Virus record (IMG/VR): IMGVR_UViG_3300036943_000251
Span: 1-39,077 of that record
Length of the DNA stretch: 39,077 nucleotides
Origin: a virus
Taxonomy: Duplodnaviria > Caudoviricetes
Direction: 5' to 3' (one strand)
This document shows, one piece after another, positions 16,533-25,851 of the stretch. The notes under the pieces were generated by a model that saw only the letters and a program-made list of their open reading frames with translations, did no database searches and was not told the DNA's origin. The position numbers and the translations under genes are program-made. The first letter of the stretch is position 1; the number at the start of each line of letters is the position of its first letter.

Positions 16533-18326
16533 TTAAAATGGTACCGGGAAAAAGGTATTAACTTTTATTTTAGTTTCTTCCGCCGCCTGTTGGGAAAAAA
16601 AGTCGGGAGAGGATTTGGTGGCGTCGTAAAATGCTTGGCAATCCTCTGGAGAAAAAACTTCATTCAAAATAGCTGTTGCATCTTGTTTGCCATCCACAGA
16701 ATTTTTGGAACCATCACTTCCTTCATTTCCTACATATAACGGATTAGAACTGCTCCCTATTGAACCAGATATACTGTCAGAATAAACTTCGCTTCCATTT
16801 ATATACAATTTTGTTCCGTTTCCGTCAAAAACCAAATGTACTAATTCCCAAGAATTTTCGGCTGCATTAACTCCCGTGTATTCGGTATTAAACCAAGAAG
16901 AACCATCTCCTAAAACAATCCTCCATTCTTTACTATTATTATTATCACTGGTAACTAACTGATAACAACTATTTCCTTTATTCAAAAACCAATTGTCATA
17001 TTGAGCACCAGTATAATGCCACATCTCAAGAGTCAAAGCATTTCCATATCCATCCAAAGAACTATCATAAGGAACTTCTATGTACTCATCTGTAGCTGCA
17101 TTAAATTCGTAAGCACCATCTACTATTCCCGTTACCCCTCTTGAAATTCCTCCATTTAATGTACCGTTGTTGCTGTTTCCAGATACATCTACCAAATCTC
17201 CACTTGTTTGATTGTATAGATATTTCGCTTTTAAATTACTCTTTTTACCGAATACTGTACTCGCCACCACACTCTGGTCGCTTGGTCCGTCTCCGTAGGC
17301 AACCTTTACCTGTTCCGTGCCATCCCTTACAAAGCTGTCATAGACGTGGATAACCGCCTTTTCGTTAGTAGCGTCAAAGGACTCGAAATAATAGTCAAAA
17401 AGGTTGTCGTTCTCGTCATAAACGGCTATATCCGCTTTGCTGGAAATATTAGTCCAGTCTAAAACTATATCCCCTGTTCCCGTGGTGGAATCATCACCTC
17501 CGACTATCTTAATTGGAACCGTCCTTTCGATGGTCGGAGTGCCGGTAATCTCCCTTACATTCAATCTTTTTAATTTATTGTAATCATCCGGTATATATGA
17601 GGTTGTAAAAGTAACATCACTTCCATACCAAGTATTCGTCCCATCTGTGACTACTGCTCGGTAGTGGTAAGTAGTATCAACTATAAGACCCGAAATAGTA
17701 TCGTTGAAATCTCCCGTAGAAGATAAGGTTTGGACGGATGTGGTATTGCCGTAATTAGTATCTGTTCCCCACTCAAAATAGACATCCATTTCGCTGTTGC
17801 CTTCTAAACTTTCAAGGGTTCCGTTAAGTTGGGCGGAGTCGGATTGGATGTTGGCGGCTTCGTTGGTGGTGACTACTACTACTTCTTCTCCATATACTTG
17901 ATAACTTTTTAACTCTAAGTCAAGACTACCCCCAGCTCTAACTTGAATTTTTATATAATATGAACCACTATATCCACTTACATCTAATGAATCTGTTGTT
18001 CTTGAAAAAGGAGCTTCATCATCTCCGTTTCGCCTTGAAATATTCTTAACCCAAGTCGTTCTATCACTCATCTGACTGTCAGTTATACCAAAAAAACAAT
18101 AATCCCAGATGTTTTCTGAAGTAGGACTTTCCCAATCTATGTATAAGGTGTTTATATTTGTTAAATCTATCTTATTCTCGGTAACATAAGTTCTTTGTGC
18201 ATCAGTATCTGAAACCATTAAATAAAAATGGTCAGAATTTTTACTTTGGCTCCCTATTCCCTCACTATATCCTTCAATCCAACTTACATTCTCTGTTCCT
18301 TCATTGTAGTAATATTGATTAACCAT
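16533..18326 (-). CDS. Mosaic virion protein: FN3-like + DUF2341-like + LamG domain
   Basis: SAQLNG..VYFEWGT..YG...TTYHYRA (FN3); ADIAVYDE..YYFE (DUF2341-like); DVSGNSNNGT..WELVHLVFDG...KLYING (LamG). Confidence 0.8.
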   Translation of the reverse strand: MVNQYYYNEGTENVSWIEGYSEGIGSQSKNSDHFYLMVSDTDAQRTYVTENKIDLTNINTLYIDWESPTSENIWDYCFFGITDSQMSDRTTWVKNISRRNGDDEAPFSRTTDSLDVSGYSGSYYIKIQVRAGGSLDLELKSYQVYGEEVVVVTTNEAANIQSDSAQLNGTLESLEGNSEMDVYFEWGTDTNYGNTTSVQTLSSTGDFNDTISGLIVDTTYHYRAVVTDGTNTWYGSDVTFTTSYIPDDYNKLKRLNVREITGTPTIERTVPIKIVGGDDSTTGTGDIVLDWTNISSKADIAVYDENDNLFDYYFESFDATNEKAVIHVYDSFVRDGTEQVKVAYGDGPSDQSVVASTVFGKKSNLKAKYLYNQTSGDLVDVSGNSNNGTLNGGISRGVTGIVDGAYEFNAATDEYIEVPYDSSLDGYGNALTLEMWHYTGAQYDNWFLNKGNSCYQLVTSDNNNSKEWRIVLGDGSSWFNTEYTGVNAAENSWELVHLVFDGNGTKLYINGSEVYSDSISGSIGSSSNPLYVGNEGSDGSKNSVDGKQDATAILNEVFSPEDCQAFYDATKSSPDFFSQQAAEETKIKVNTFFPVPF

Positions 18327-18329
18327 AAT

Positions 18330-18401
18330 TTATATTAAAATATTCGTTCCCGAAACACTGGTTACGTCTATGGGTTTAATTTTGTTGAAGTCGGTAATCA
18401 T
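18330..18401 (-). pseudogene. 23-codon remnant resembling the start of the DUF2341-like module
   Basis: MITDFNKIKPIDVTSVSGT vs internal PDDYNKLKRLNVREITGT of the downstream gene. Confidence 0.4.
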
Positions 18402-18409
18402 AATTCAAT

Positions 18410-19180
18410 TTATGCCCATCCGGTAGATAATTGATAATAGTAACTACTACCATCCCAATAAATATTTAATATATCTATCGCATTAGCTGACGTTGAAAAG
18501 CTACCTGCTGTTCCATCCGGCCACAATCCACTCGGCAAAGTCGGTGTTCTGCCTCCGGTTGCGTCTTGTACCACCTTCAATTGCTTGTGGCCAACTCCCA
18601 TATTACTAAAAGACAAAGTAATATCAGCTCCCAAAGTTATCTTTTGGTTTTGGCCGTTGCTCCAATCAATAGTGGTATTAGAACTTACTGTGCCAATATC
18701 ATATTCGGAATTAAAATCGACTTTATTGTTAATGTTTCTACTGCCATCAGCCAATAAATATTGAGTATGGTCATCATCACCTAGCCCTTGCAAGTCTCCG
18801 TGGTCAAAGTCAGATGATGTATATGTTGTATCTTGGTCATCAGCTATTTCAAAGTCCCCTGAAGTGGAGTTATATTTAAGAATCTTGTTATCAGCTATAT
18901 TGGTTAAATCAACATCACTTAAATCTCCCATAGAAGCCGAAACATCAGACCAACTGCCACCACTATCTTTGTATTGAAGAGTGCCACCATTATCACGAAA
19001 ACCATAGCCCGACTCCCCGGACTGATTATAAAAATTCAAATACCTATTAACGCCATTGATAAGAATATTATAATCATTGGTGGTTTCAATATAAGAATTA
19101 TACCTCGGCTGCCAATAACTCTCAGTTCTACCACCAAGTTTTTTCTTTTTGTTAAAAAGTTTTTTAATAAATTTAAGCAT
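18410..19180 (-). CDS. Tail fibre/appendage protein
   Basis: DLSDVD...ILKYN, HGDLQGLGDDDHTQYL, TIDWSNG..Q..TL, QDATGGRT fibre motifs. Confidence 0.75.
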   Translation of the reverse strand: MLKFIKKLFNKKKKLGGRTESYWQPRYNSYIETTNDYNILINGVNRYLNFYNQSGESGYGFRDNGGTLQYKDSGGSWSDVSASMGDLSDVDLTNIADNKILKYNSTSGDFEIADDQDTTYTSSDFDHGDLQGLGDDDHTQYLLADGSRNINNKVDFNSEYDIGTVSSNTTIDWSNGQNQKITLGADITLSFSNMGVGHKQLKVVQDATGGRTPTLPSGLWPDGTAGSFSTSANAIDILNIYWDGSSYYYQLSTGWA

Positions 19181-19181
19181 A

Positions 19182-20174
19182 TTACAAATCCTTAAATCTT
19201 TTTTTAGGTAATTCTTTCCACTTACTATCCTTAATATGTATTCCAGGTTCAGCTAAAATGCCACGATTTTTCATATCAAGTAAGGCATTTATCTTTTCTT
19301 CAACCGTATCCACGGTGGCTAAAACCCCATGAACAATATACCCGGTCTCTCCCGTATCATTATTAAAAACTGTTTTTAAATCATTGTCTTGTAAAAATTG
19401 CTGGTTTTCAGTAATCATATATTTTGAATTATTTATAAAAACTTTACCGTATATAGCCCAGGTCGGATAATTGCTTTCATGAAGCTGTTTCCTAAACGGA
19501 TCATAGCTATCCCACACATCCCAGGGGTCCTTAATGTTTATCAATGTAGTAGCGTGATTTCTTTCATCTATATAATCAGGTTTATAATAAAGATTTCCAT
19601 ATTTATTCTCATTCTTAACCCAAGCAAACACGGTTATCATTAACGGGCTTATTTTTAAATATTCCTTAAAACTGCTCTTGACAATATACCCATAAGCTGG
19701 GCTAAATATTTTTAAAAATTCTTGCCCTATCTTATCTACACTCGGTTTGGCTTTTGTATAATATTCATCCCATTCATTTTCATCATCCCACGGATATGCG
19801 GTCTCCGGAACGAGACCGACTCTCATCATTGTTTGTAAAACATTGCTATAAGAGTTACCCCTTTTTGTAGTATTACTGGCTTCAGCTAAGTGCCTTTTGG
19901 AAAACTGCACCTTGCCGTTTTTTATATAACCATTGTCTTTTAAAAATAATAACGCTTGCCCTTTAATTATTTTCTTTGATATTAAATAATTAAAAATCAT
20001 TTCATAAACATTACAAACGGTTTGCGCGACACAGTTCATGGCGTCTAACTTGTTTTTCCTTTGTTTCTCTTCCTCTGACAAATAATCAGCCCAACCGGAA
20101 ACAAGCACTTTTAAAAGAGCTTTGCTCCCCAGGAAAAAACTTTCTTTAATCCTTGAAAACCATCTCTTGATCAT
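19182..20174 (-). CDS. Papain-like (C1-type) cysteine peptidase; endolysin or maturation-protease candidate
   Basis: KQ...MNCVAQ (Cys), FSKRHLA, GLVPETAYPW, NHAT (His), WDSY (Asp); adjacent to holin-like genes. Confidence 0.7.
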   Translation of the reverse strand: MIKRWFSRIKESFFLGSKALLKVLVSGWADYLSEEEKQRKNKLDAMNCVAQTVCNVYEMIFNYLISKKIIKGQALLFLKDNGYIKNGKVQFSKRHLAEASNTTKRGNSYSNVLQTMMRVGLVPETAYPWDDENEWDEYYTKAKPSVDKIGQEFLKIFSPAYGYIVKSSFKEYLKISPLMITVFAWVKNENKYGNLYYKPDYIDERNHATTLINIKDPWDVWDSYDPFRKQLHESNYPTWAIYGKVFINNSKYMITENQQFLQDNDLKTVFNNDTGETGYIVHGVLATVDTVEEKINALLDMKNRGILAEPGIHIKDSKWKELPKKRFKDL

Positions 20175-20407
20175 ATTAAAATTATTTTTAAAATTGCCCC
20201 GATAACACCCAGCATTAAAGTCCCAATAATAAATTTCATGGCGTCAGCCACCCACCTCGGGGCGAATTTTTGTTCACATTCCTTCTGCCACTCTTTCAAC
20301 GCTTTAGTGTTTGTATCAAGGGTTTTTTTGATGTGTTCTATGTCTTTTTTCATACCAGCCACGTTTTGTTCTAAGCTGTTCACTCTAGTGGGTTTATATT
20401 CGGCCAT
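20171..20407 (-). CDS. Coiled-coil plus C-terminal TM protein (XhlA/holin-associated)
   Basis: Heptad region then FIIGTLMLGVIGAILKIILI. Confidence 0.65.
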   Translation of the reverse strand: MAEYKPTRVNSLEQNVAGMKKDIEHIKKTLDTNTKALKEWQKECEQKFAPRWVADAMKFIIGTLMLGVIGAILKIILI

Positions 20408-20409
20408 AG

Positions 20410-20598
20410 TTATTTTTTACTTTGTAATATGTCCCTGTTAATGTATTTGGTTATTGTGTTTAATACAGGCAATAATAATGACGGATAAAAGCTTGTCTCT
20501 GTAACCAAACCTATTAAAAGCAAAACAATTAAGTTAGCCATTTGCCAATATAGGGTGGTTGCCCTGTTGCTTGTTAAGAATTTTTTTACATTTTCCAT
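20410..20598 (-). CDS. Holin-like small membrane protein
   Basis: Two hydrophobic segments, ITKYIN C-terminus, lysis-cassette position. Confidence 0.6.
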   Translation of the reverse strand: MENVKKFLTSNRATTLYWQMANLIVLLLIGLVTETSFYPSLLLPVLNTITKYINRDILQSKK

Positions 20599-20601
20599 AA
20601 A

Positions 20602-20751
20602 CTATTTTTTGTTAACTTTTTTATCTTCTTCCTCCAGCTGCTGGAGTTGGTTTAGTAAATTGGCTATCTCGCCATAGCTATACTTGTCGTGTTTAGCATT
20701 GGCAATAACGTTGATAACCGCGTCTCTTTGTTCTTTGGTTAGTTTATACAT
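20602..20751 (-). CDS. Hypothetical protein (49 aa)
   Basis: Read manually: MYKLTKEQRDAVINVIANAKH...QLEEEDKKVNKK. Confidence 0.65.
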   Translation of the reverse strand: MYKLTKEQRDAVINVIANAKHDKYSYGEIANLLNQLQQLEEEDKKVNKK

Positions 20752-20753
20752 AA

Positions 20754-21041
20754 TTATTCTTTAATTGTAATTTTCTCTGGGGTGCTGTTTTCAATGGCAA
20801 TTTTCTCGGGAATATCTTTGACCGCAATATCGGTGTTGTCGTTAATGGCTTGGATTTCATCAACGTGTCCATTGATTTCCTCACGGAGTTTTTTAATTTG
20901 TGCTTTTTTGTCCGCGATTTGTTTTCTCAATTGCCCGACCGTAACCCTGTTTTCTTTGGTTTGAGTTACTTCTTCAGAGATTTGGACGACCTTGTTTTCG
21001 TCATCCACGCTTGATTGTTCCAGTGTATAATTTTTAGTCAT
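20754..21041 (-). CDS. Coiled-coil hypothetical protein (possible fibre chaperone)
   Basis: Follows fibre gene; heptad pattern. Confidence 0.6.
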   Translation of the reverse strand: MTKNYTLEQSSVDDENKVVQISEEVTQTKENRVTVGQLRKQIADKKAQIKKLREEINGHVDEIQAINDNTDIAVKDIPEKIAIENSTPEKITIKE

Positions 21042-21045
21042 AGTT

Positions 21046-22233
21046 TTAATTTTTAAAATTAGTTATTCCTTGAGTTATTGTTAAGCTGTTACCTGCATCA
21101 GCGGCATCCCATTGGATAGTAACGGTAATATCTTCGGCTGTAGTGGTATCTATGGTATCTGCTGACTGTGAAGCTGTCTGAACATTCTCACCATCAAAAT
21201 TACCTTTAGCCGACGCTATAATAGAGCCTGTAGATCCAGTGCTTCTAACCGTAAAATTAAACTCTATATCAAAATATCCATCTGTGATATTGGCGGCGGA
21301 AGATACTAGAGTTTCAATAGTCGTTCCACCCACTTTCAGCCTAGCAGTAAAAAAGTCAGAAGCCGAGCTGGTATCATAATGTCCAATTATTTTGGCGTGA
21401 ACCATTAGTCCCTCATAAAGCTCATCAGCTGAAATAGCTTGGGTGTATATAGTTGTTTCGGTGGTAGTGTCGGCTACGGTTGTATCAGCGGTAACCGCTC
21501 CGTCGGAGAGGTCAACACTTCGCCTGTCGTTTTGAGGAGTAAACTCAAGCCTTGTTCCGCAATACTCCATCGCCCCAGCTTCAGGTGTGGAAAGGCAGGT
21601 GCCTGTGGTAAATTTCAAAGGTGCTACTGTGGCTGTACCTGCGGCTAAATGTAAGAGTGAATCCGGATCCGTCGTACCGATGCCGACGTTGCCATCACCT
21701 TTTAATCTCATTATTTCATTATTTCCATCATCTGGACCTGAATAGAACATAATATCACCAGCGTCTGAAACAGAGTTATCTTGAGCAACTACAAACCTTG
21801 CAGCACTTCCGTCTTCTTGAATTCTAAAATAATTTGGTCTGCCTGTACCTATATTAACAGTTAAACCTGTGTTTGAACCTAAAGTATATGCTTCTTTAAT
21901 ATTTGGGATGGCGTGGTCTTGGTCCTCATAAAAGTATAAAGCATCCATAGCAACACCTCCCTGAACATCCAGCTTATAAGCCGGACTCGTCGTGCCGATG
22001 CCGACGTTGCCGCCGTCTTCTACAAATATTCCATTGCCTCCGTCATCGTATAGTTTAAGTCCGTTAGAATCTATGGCTCGTATTTCTTTAGTTTCTAATC
22101 TCTTATTAGTATCATTCCAATAAAGTTCCGAGTTTTCGGTGTATGTCCATTTTTTCAAGGTACTATCCCAATACAAAACTTGTCCTTGATCTGTGCCTCT
22201 ATTTATTCTTGGGTCTCGCCTTACATTTATCAT
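21046..22233 (-). CDS. Tail fibre protein with GNVGIGTTxP repeats
   Basis: GNVGIGTTSPAYKLDVQG and GNVGIGTTDPDSLLHLAA. Confidence 0.8.
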   Translation of the reverse strand: MINVRRDPRINRGTDQGQVLYWDSTLKKWTYTENSELYWNDTNKRLETKEIRAIDSNGLKLYDDGGNGIFVEDGGNVGIGTTSPAYKLDVQGGVAMDALYFYEDQDHAIPNIKEAYTLGSNTGLTVNIGTGRPNYFRIQEDGSAARFVVAQDNSVSDAGDIMFYSGPDDGNNEIMRLKGDGNVGIGTTDPDSLLHLAAGTATVAPLKFTTGTCLSTPEAGAMEYCGTRLEFTPQNDRRSVDLSDGAVTADTTVADTTTETTIYTQAISADELYEGLMVHAKIIGHYDTSSASDFFTARLKVGGTTIETLVSSAANITDGYFDIEFNFTVRSTGSTGSIIASAKGNFDGENVQTASQSADTIDTTTAEDITVTIQWDAADAGNSLTITQGITNFKN

Positions 22234-22613
22234 AATAGTGCTCCTGCGTTAATTTTTTGGCTGCTTGTATCACTAATGGCATATAAGGCATTAGTGGTAT
22301 CGTTGTAGCTAATAATAACTTCGTCCCCGCTTTCAAGTCTAACAAAATCATTGCTACCATCGGACAAAACCCCGGTCTTTCCTATATAAATTATTCCGGT
22401 ATTGTCTGTATTCGCCCTTATCCTAACAGAATTAGGTTCTCCGCTAATAGCTATTTCCACTTCCGTTGTCCCGACTGTTATATCTCCAACGCCCTCTATG
22501 TCTTCTCTGGGGGTTGTTGCCGATATAAGAGTATCCTGCTTTTCTTCAGTGGCAGGGTTAATTTGCCTATTGAGTTTATTTAGTATTTTTGATACAACAC
22601 CTGTCCTGGCCAT
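22230..22613 (-). CDS. Virion-associated hypothetical protein
   Basis: NPATEEKQD, A..DNTGIIYIG motifs typical of phage structural ORFs. Confidence 0.65.
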   Translation of the reverse strand: MARTGVVSKILNKLNRQINPATEEKQDTLISATTPREDIEGVGDITVGTTEVEIAISGEPNSVRIRANTDNTGIIYIGKTGVLSDGSNDFVRLESGDEVIISYNDTTNALYAISDTSSQKINAGALL

Positions 22614-22614
22614 T

Positions 22615-23460
22615 TTATAAGTTCTTAAAATTTATATTGATCTTGGGTGGCTCTATGCCGGCCTCCTTATAAATTTCTTTTATATAATCATAAGCTTGTT
22701 CAAGCTCATCACCCTTTTGGTGAATATATACTTTTTTCTTCGTAAGACCGTCAATTTCTTCTTGCTCTTTCTTTTTACTTTCTTCCAGTTTTTTAATAGA
22801 ATTCTTTAACTTGGTTTCTTCTGTTCTTAATTTCTTAATCTCATCTTTTAATTCTTCTTCTTTCTTTTCTTTTCTTTTGATGCCATTAGCCTTTTGAGAA
22901 TAACTTTTTTTGAGAGAAGATAATTCTGTTTTTAACTTTTCTTTTTCCTTAACCAATTTTTCGTTTTCTTTTTTAAGATCATTATTGTTTTTCCTTTCTT
23001 CCTCTTTTTCTTTTTTTAGATTTTCTATATTAGAAGTAATGTTTTCAATCTTCTTATAAAGACTATCAAGTTTTTTCTCTTCTTTTTTAATCTCGTTTTG
23101 CTTTGTCTTGAGTTCTTTTTCCACATCAACAAGTTCTACCTTTTTTTCTTCTACTTCTTTCTTCTTGCTTTCATTTACTTCATCAAACTTGTTTTCTAAT
23201 TCTTCAAGAGCTTTCTCTTTTTCTTTAATAGCTTTATCGTATTTAGTTTTATTCGCTTTAGAATTGACCTTAATTTGAGAAAGGTTTTTTTCGGCTTGCT
23301 CTATCTCTCCTTCAACTTTAGATTTTTCTTCTTCAAGTTTTTTAATTTCTTTCTTCAATTCTTCCTCTCTTTTTTTGAAGTTATTAAAAGAAGCTTGAAC
23401 AGCTTCTCTCTTCTCTTGGAGTTTTTTAATGTTTTGAACAATTAAACTTTTGTCAGACAT
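22615..23460 (-). CDS. K/E-rich long coiled-coil protein
   Basis: Continuous heptad repeats over ~260 aa. Confidence 0.75.
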   Translation of the reverse strand: MSDKSLIVQNIKKLQEKREAVQASFNNFKKREEELKKEIKKLEEEKSKVEGEIEQAEKNLSQIKVNSKANKTKYDKAIKEKEKALEELENKFDEVNESKKKEVEEKKVELVDVEKELKTKQNEIKKEEKKLDSLYKKIENITSNIENLKKEKEEERKNNNDLKKENEKLVKEKEKLKTELSSLKKSYSQKANGIKRKEKKEEELKDEIKKLRTEETKLKNSIKKLEESKKKEQEEIDGLTKKKVYIHQKGDELEQAYDYIKEIYKEAGIEPPKININFKNL

Positions 23461-23478
23461 ATTTTTAAATTTTTATTA

Positions 23479-23880
23479 TTATTCTCCTGACATCTTAGCC
23501 TTAATGGTTATGTTTCCCGCAGAATAACTACTGATTTCAGCGGTAAACCATTTAAGCAAATTTGTATTTACTTCAAGCAACCTGACATCGTCTGTACCGC
23601 TTAGGGTGATCCCGGTAGAGCCATCAACGGAAGACCCGTCATCCAAGTCTTTAACCTGAATGTAATCCCAAAGATTAGATGGAGATTGGGACGCGGTAAA
23701 ATCGCTGGGAGCCGAGTCGGAAACAGCTCCTTTAAAATTAACAACAAGATTGGCGCTACTTTCAGAAGCGAACTCAAGAACAATATGTTTAAAGTCCTCA
23801 ACATTCAATACTTCTCCCGCACCGTCAGCTGAAGCGGCATCAAAGATAACCTTGGTTTGTTTTTGAACTAATCTAGACAT
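23479..23880 (-). CDS. Beta-sandwich structural protein (putative)
   Basis: Beta-rich, late operon, YSAGNITI C-terminus. Confidence 0.6.
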   Translation of the reverse strand: MSRLVQKQTKVIFDAASADGAGEVLNVEDFKHIVLEFASESSANLVVNFKGAVSDSAPSDFTASQSPSNLWDYIQVKDLDDGSSVDGSTGITLSGTDDVRLLEVNTNLLKWFTAEISSYSAGNITIKAKMSGE

Positions 23881-23902
23881 AAGTTTTTATTTAATAATTA
23901 TG

Positions 23903-23940
23903 TTTATCCAGCCCCCGACTTTTAGTCGGAAGCTGATAAA
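23903..23940 (-). terminator. Hairpin downstream of capsid module (terminator or mRNA stabiliser)
   Basis: Minus strand TTTATC-AGCTTCCGACT-AAA-AGTCGGGGGCT-G-GATAAA; G-U pairs fit the late strand; no long U tract. Confidence 0.5.
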
Positions 23941-23945
23941 AACAA

Positions 23946-24359
23946 TTATTCACAAATGGATGGTTGCGTGGTCGTAGCGGAAATTGTCTCCCCGGATGCA
24001 GTAATATAAACGGGGGTAGAAGTCGTGCCTCCACTATCACCAAGAACAATACACCCTTCCCCAATACCATCTGATGTATCACCAATCTGTACTGTGGATG
24101 TCGCATAATCTACTTTTAGCTTATCTTCTAAAGTAGTTTCTCCACTAACAGATAGTGTGCTGGAAAACGTTCCGGTATCAGATGTAATGGTTCCATCTAT
24201 ATTACCATTACTGTCAATAACGGTAGTTCCATCTACGAGAAAACCACCATCGGCGTCAAAGGAATCAGAAGTAGATCCTCCCAACCTTTCGCCACCTGAA
24301 CATCCAGATAGCACTATAACCAAAGAAATAACCGCGAAAATTGCTAATATTTGCTTCAT
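23946..24359 (-). CDS. Protein with lipoprotein-type signal peptide directly after the capsid gene
   Basis: MKQILAIFAVISLVIVLSG-C lipobox, then S/T/G-rich fibre-like sequence. Confidence 0.7.
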   Translation of the reverse strand: MKQILAIFAVISLVIVLSGCSGGERLGGSTSDSFDADGGFLVDGTTVIDSNGNIDGTITSDTGTFSSTLSVSGETTLEDKLKVDYATSTVQIGDTSDGIGEGCIVLGDSGGTTSTPVYITASGETISATTTQPSICE

Positions 24360-24377
24360 ATAAGAATATTTTACTTA

Positions 24378-25310
24378 TTAGCTGGCTCCGGTTGAACCCA
24401 TAATTCCTACATAATCGGGTGCTCCAACCATTTCTCTGAAACCACCTTTATACCTGTAAGAATTGTTAGTGGTATATACGTAATCAATTAAGTCAGTCCA
24501 GATGCTTTCTCTAACCCATCTGGTTACAGAATGATTTCTTCCCAGTAAGAACCAAGCGGTATCACTACCACCTGCGGCACTACCGAGCCATTCGGAGGTA
24601 GAAACATACAGGTTGTATTCAGTTGAATAAGGGTTCATGTTGTTGTCAGTGGTATCAGCCTTAAGCTCTGACTTGGTTACCTCACAGGCATAGTCATGAA
24701 GGGCTGGCGGAACCAACAGGGTTTCGGGCATGTTGCCCAAAATCACTCCGGCTTGGTCTTTTTGCTCAACCATCTTTTGAATGGCTGTTTTCAAAGAGCT
24801 CGGAGATAGAGCTGAAGTCATTTTATTGTCAACAGTATCTCCATTGATAGTGGTGTGATCATTAGCCACGACATAAGAACCATCAGCGGTTACATAGGTG
24901 TCAAAAGCTCCTCTATAAATGGCAAAAGATTCTTTCTTTTGGCTGACTCTGCCTTTTCTGGCGAAATCACGAACAGTGTTTTCCCAGAAACCGTGCATTT
25001 GGTCATCAAAAAAAATCTTGGGGATAGAAATCGCTTTATCGTAGTTGTTTACGGTAAAGGTTTTCTTATTGTCAGACCGTGTAGATTCAACTTCTACATC
25101 TTCTTCCTCTTCCCTGGAGTTCCAAGTGGTAACTCCTTTAAATATCTCTACAATTTCGGCGGCTCTATCGGTTGTATCCTGCTTAAATACTCTACCGGAG
25201 GACTGATCTACATAGCCCGGGTGCATTTCAAGACCCCACTCTTGATAAAAAATTTCATCAAGAGATGTCTTGACCACATTTGGGTTTAAATTGCTACTTG
25301 TTGCGTGCAT
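24378..25310 (-). CDS. Major capsid protein (HK97 fold, Mu gpT-like)
   Basis: 310 aa after scaffold; ADG......DH, PETLLVPPAL, NNMNP, SDTAWFL motifs. Confidence 0.85.
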   Translation of the reverse strand: MHATSSNLNPNVVKTSLDEIFYQEWGLEMHPGYVDQSSGRVFKQDTTDRAAEIVEIFKGVTTWNSREEEEDVEVESTRSDNKKTFTVNNYDKAISIPKIFFDDQMHGFWENTVRDFARKGRVSQKKESFAIYRGAFDTYVTADGSYVVANDHTTINGDTVDNKMTSALSPSSLKTAIQKMVEQKDQAGVILGNMPETLLVPPALHDYACEVTKSELKADTTDNNMNPYSTEYNLYVSTSEWLGSAAGGSDTAWFLLGRNHSVTRWVRESIWTDLIDYVYTTNNSYRYKGGFREMVGAPDYVGIMGSTGAS

Positions 25311-25335
25311 ATTTTTCTATTTTTTAGTAATTAAG

Positions 25336-25839
25336 TTAGGCGATAGAACAACCGAACATTGTCGCATTGTCTTTTATGATGAAGTCGACCGTATCATTGT
25401 CTTCATCGTAATCTACGATTCTCAGACCATGAACATCTTCATCACTTCCTTCGTCTTCGTCAACTGTAAATGTGGTGCCACTCAAGTCAAAAGTAACCGT
25501 GTCATACAGAATTCCTGAAGCCAAGTTACTTCCTGTGTTGGCATCACATCTATAAACCATGCCGGGCAAAGCCAGGTAAACCTCCACTTCACCGTCGGCA
25601 CTTGATGTTTCTGTTGATTCGGACGCGGCAATTCCCACCACAATATCGGTTCCTATCTCCGGGTCGCCGTCAGCAAGTTGAATCACATAATTACCGCCTT
25701 CCGCTCCTGAAATTTTCACAGGGTCTCCGGGATAAATAGTGCTTCCGCTTGAAGTGGTCTGGTCTTGAACCTTAAATGTCTTTGTAGGAATAGTATCTCT
25801 ACCGCCCGTATCAACAATCTTAACGTCTCCTTTAGCCAT
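25336..25839 (-). CDS. Capsid decoration/cement protein (putative)
   Basis: IYPGDPVK...VVGIAA pattern, between scaffold and capsid. Confidence 0.65.
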   Translation of the reverse strand: MAKGDVKIVDTGGRDTIPTKTFKVQDQTTSSGSTIYPGDPVKISGAEGGNYVIQLADGDPEIGTDIVVGIAASESTETSSADGEVEVYLALPGMVYRCDANTGSNLASGILYDTVTFDLSGTTFTVDEDEGSDEDVHGLRIVDYDEDNDTVDFIIKDNATMFGCSIA

Positions 25840-25851
25840 AAGATTAGAATG

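Noticed and set aside
22615-23460. SMC protein or tape measure
   Set aside because: Only coiled coil; no ATPase motifs, too short, and no long-tail genes present
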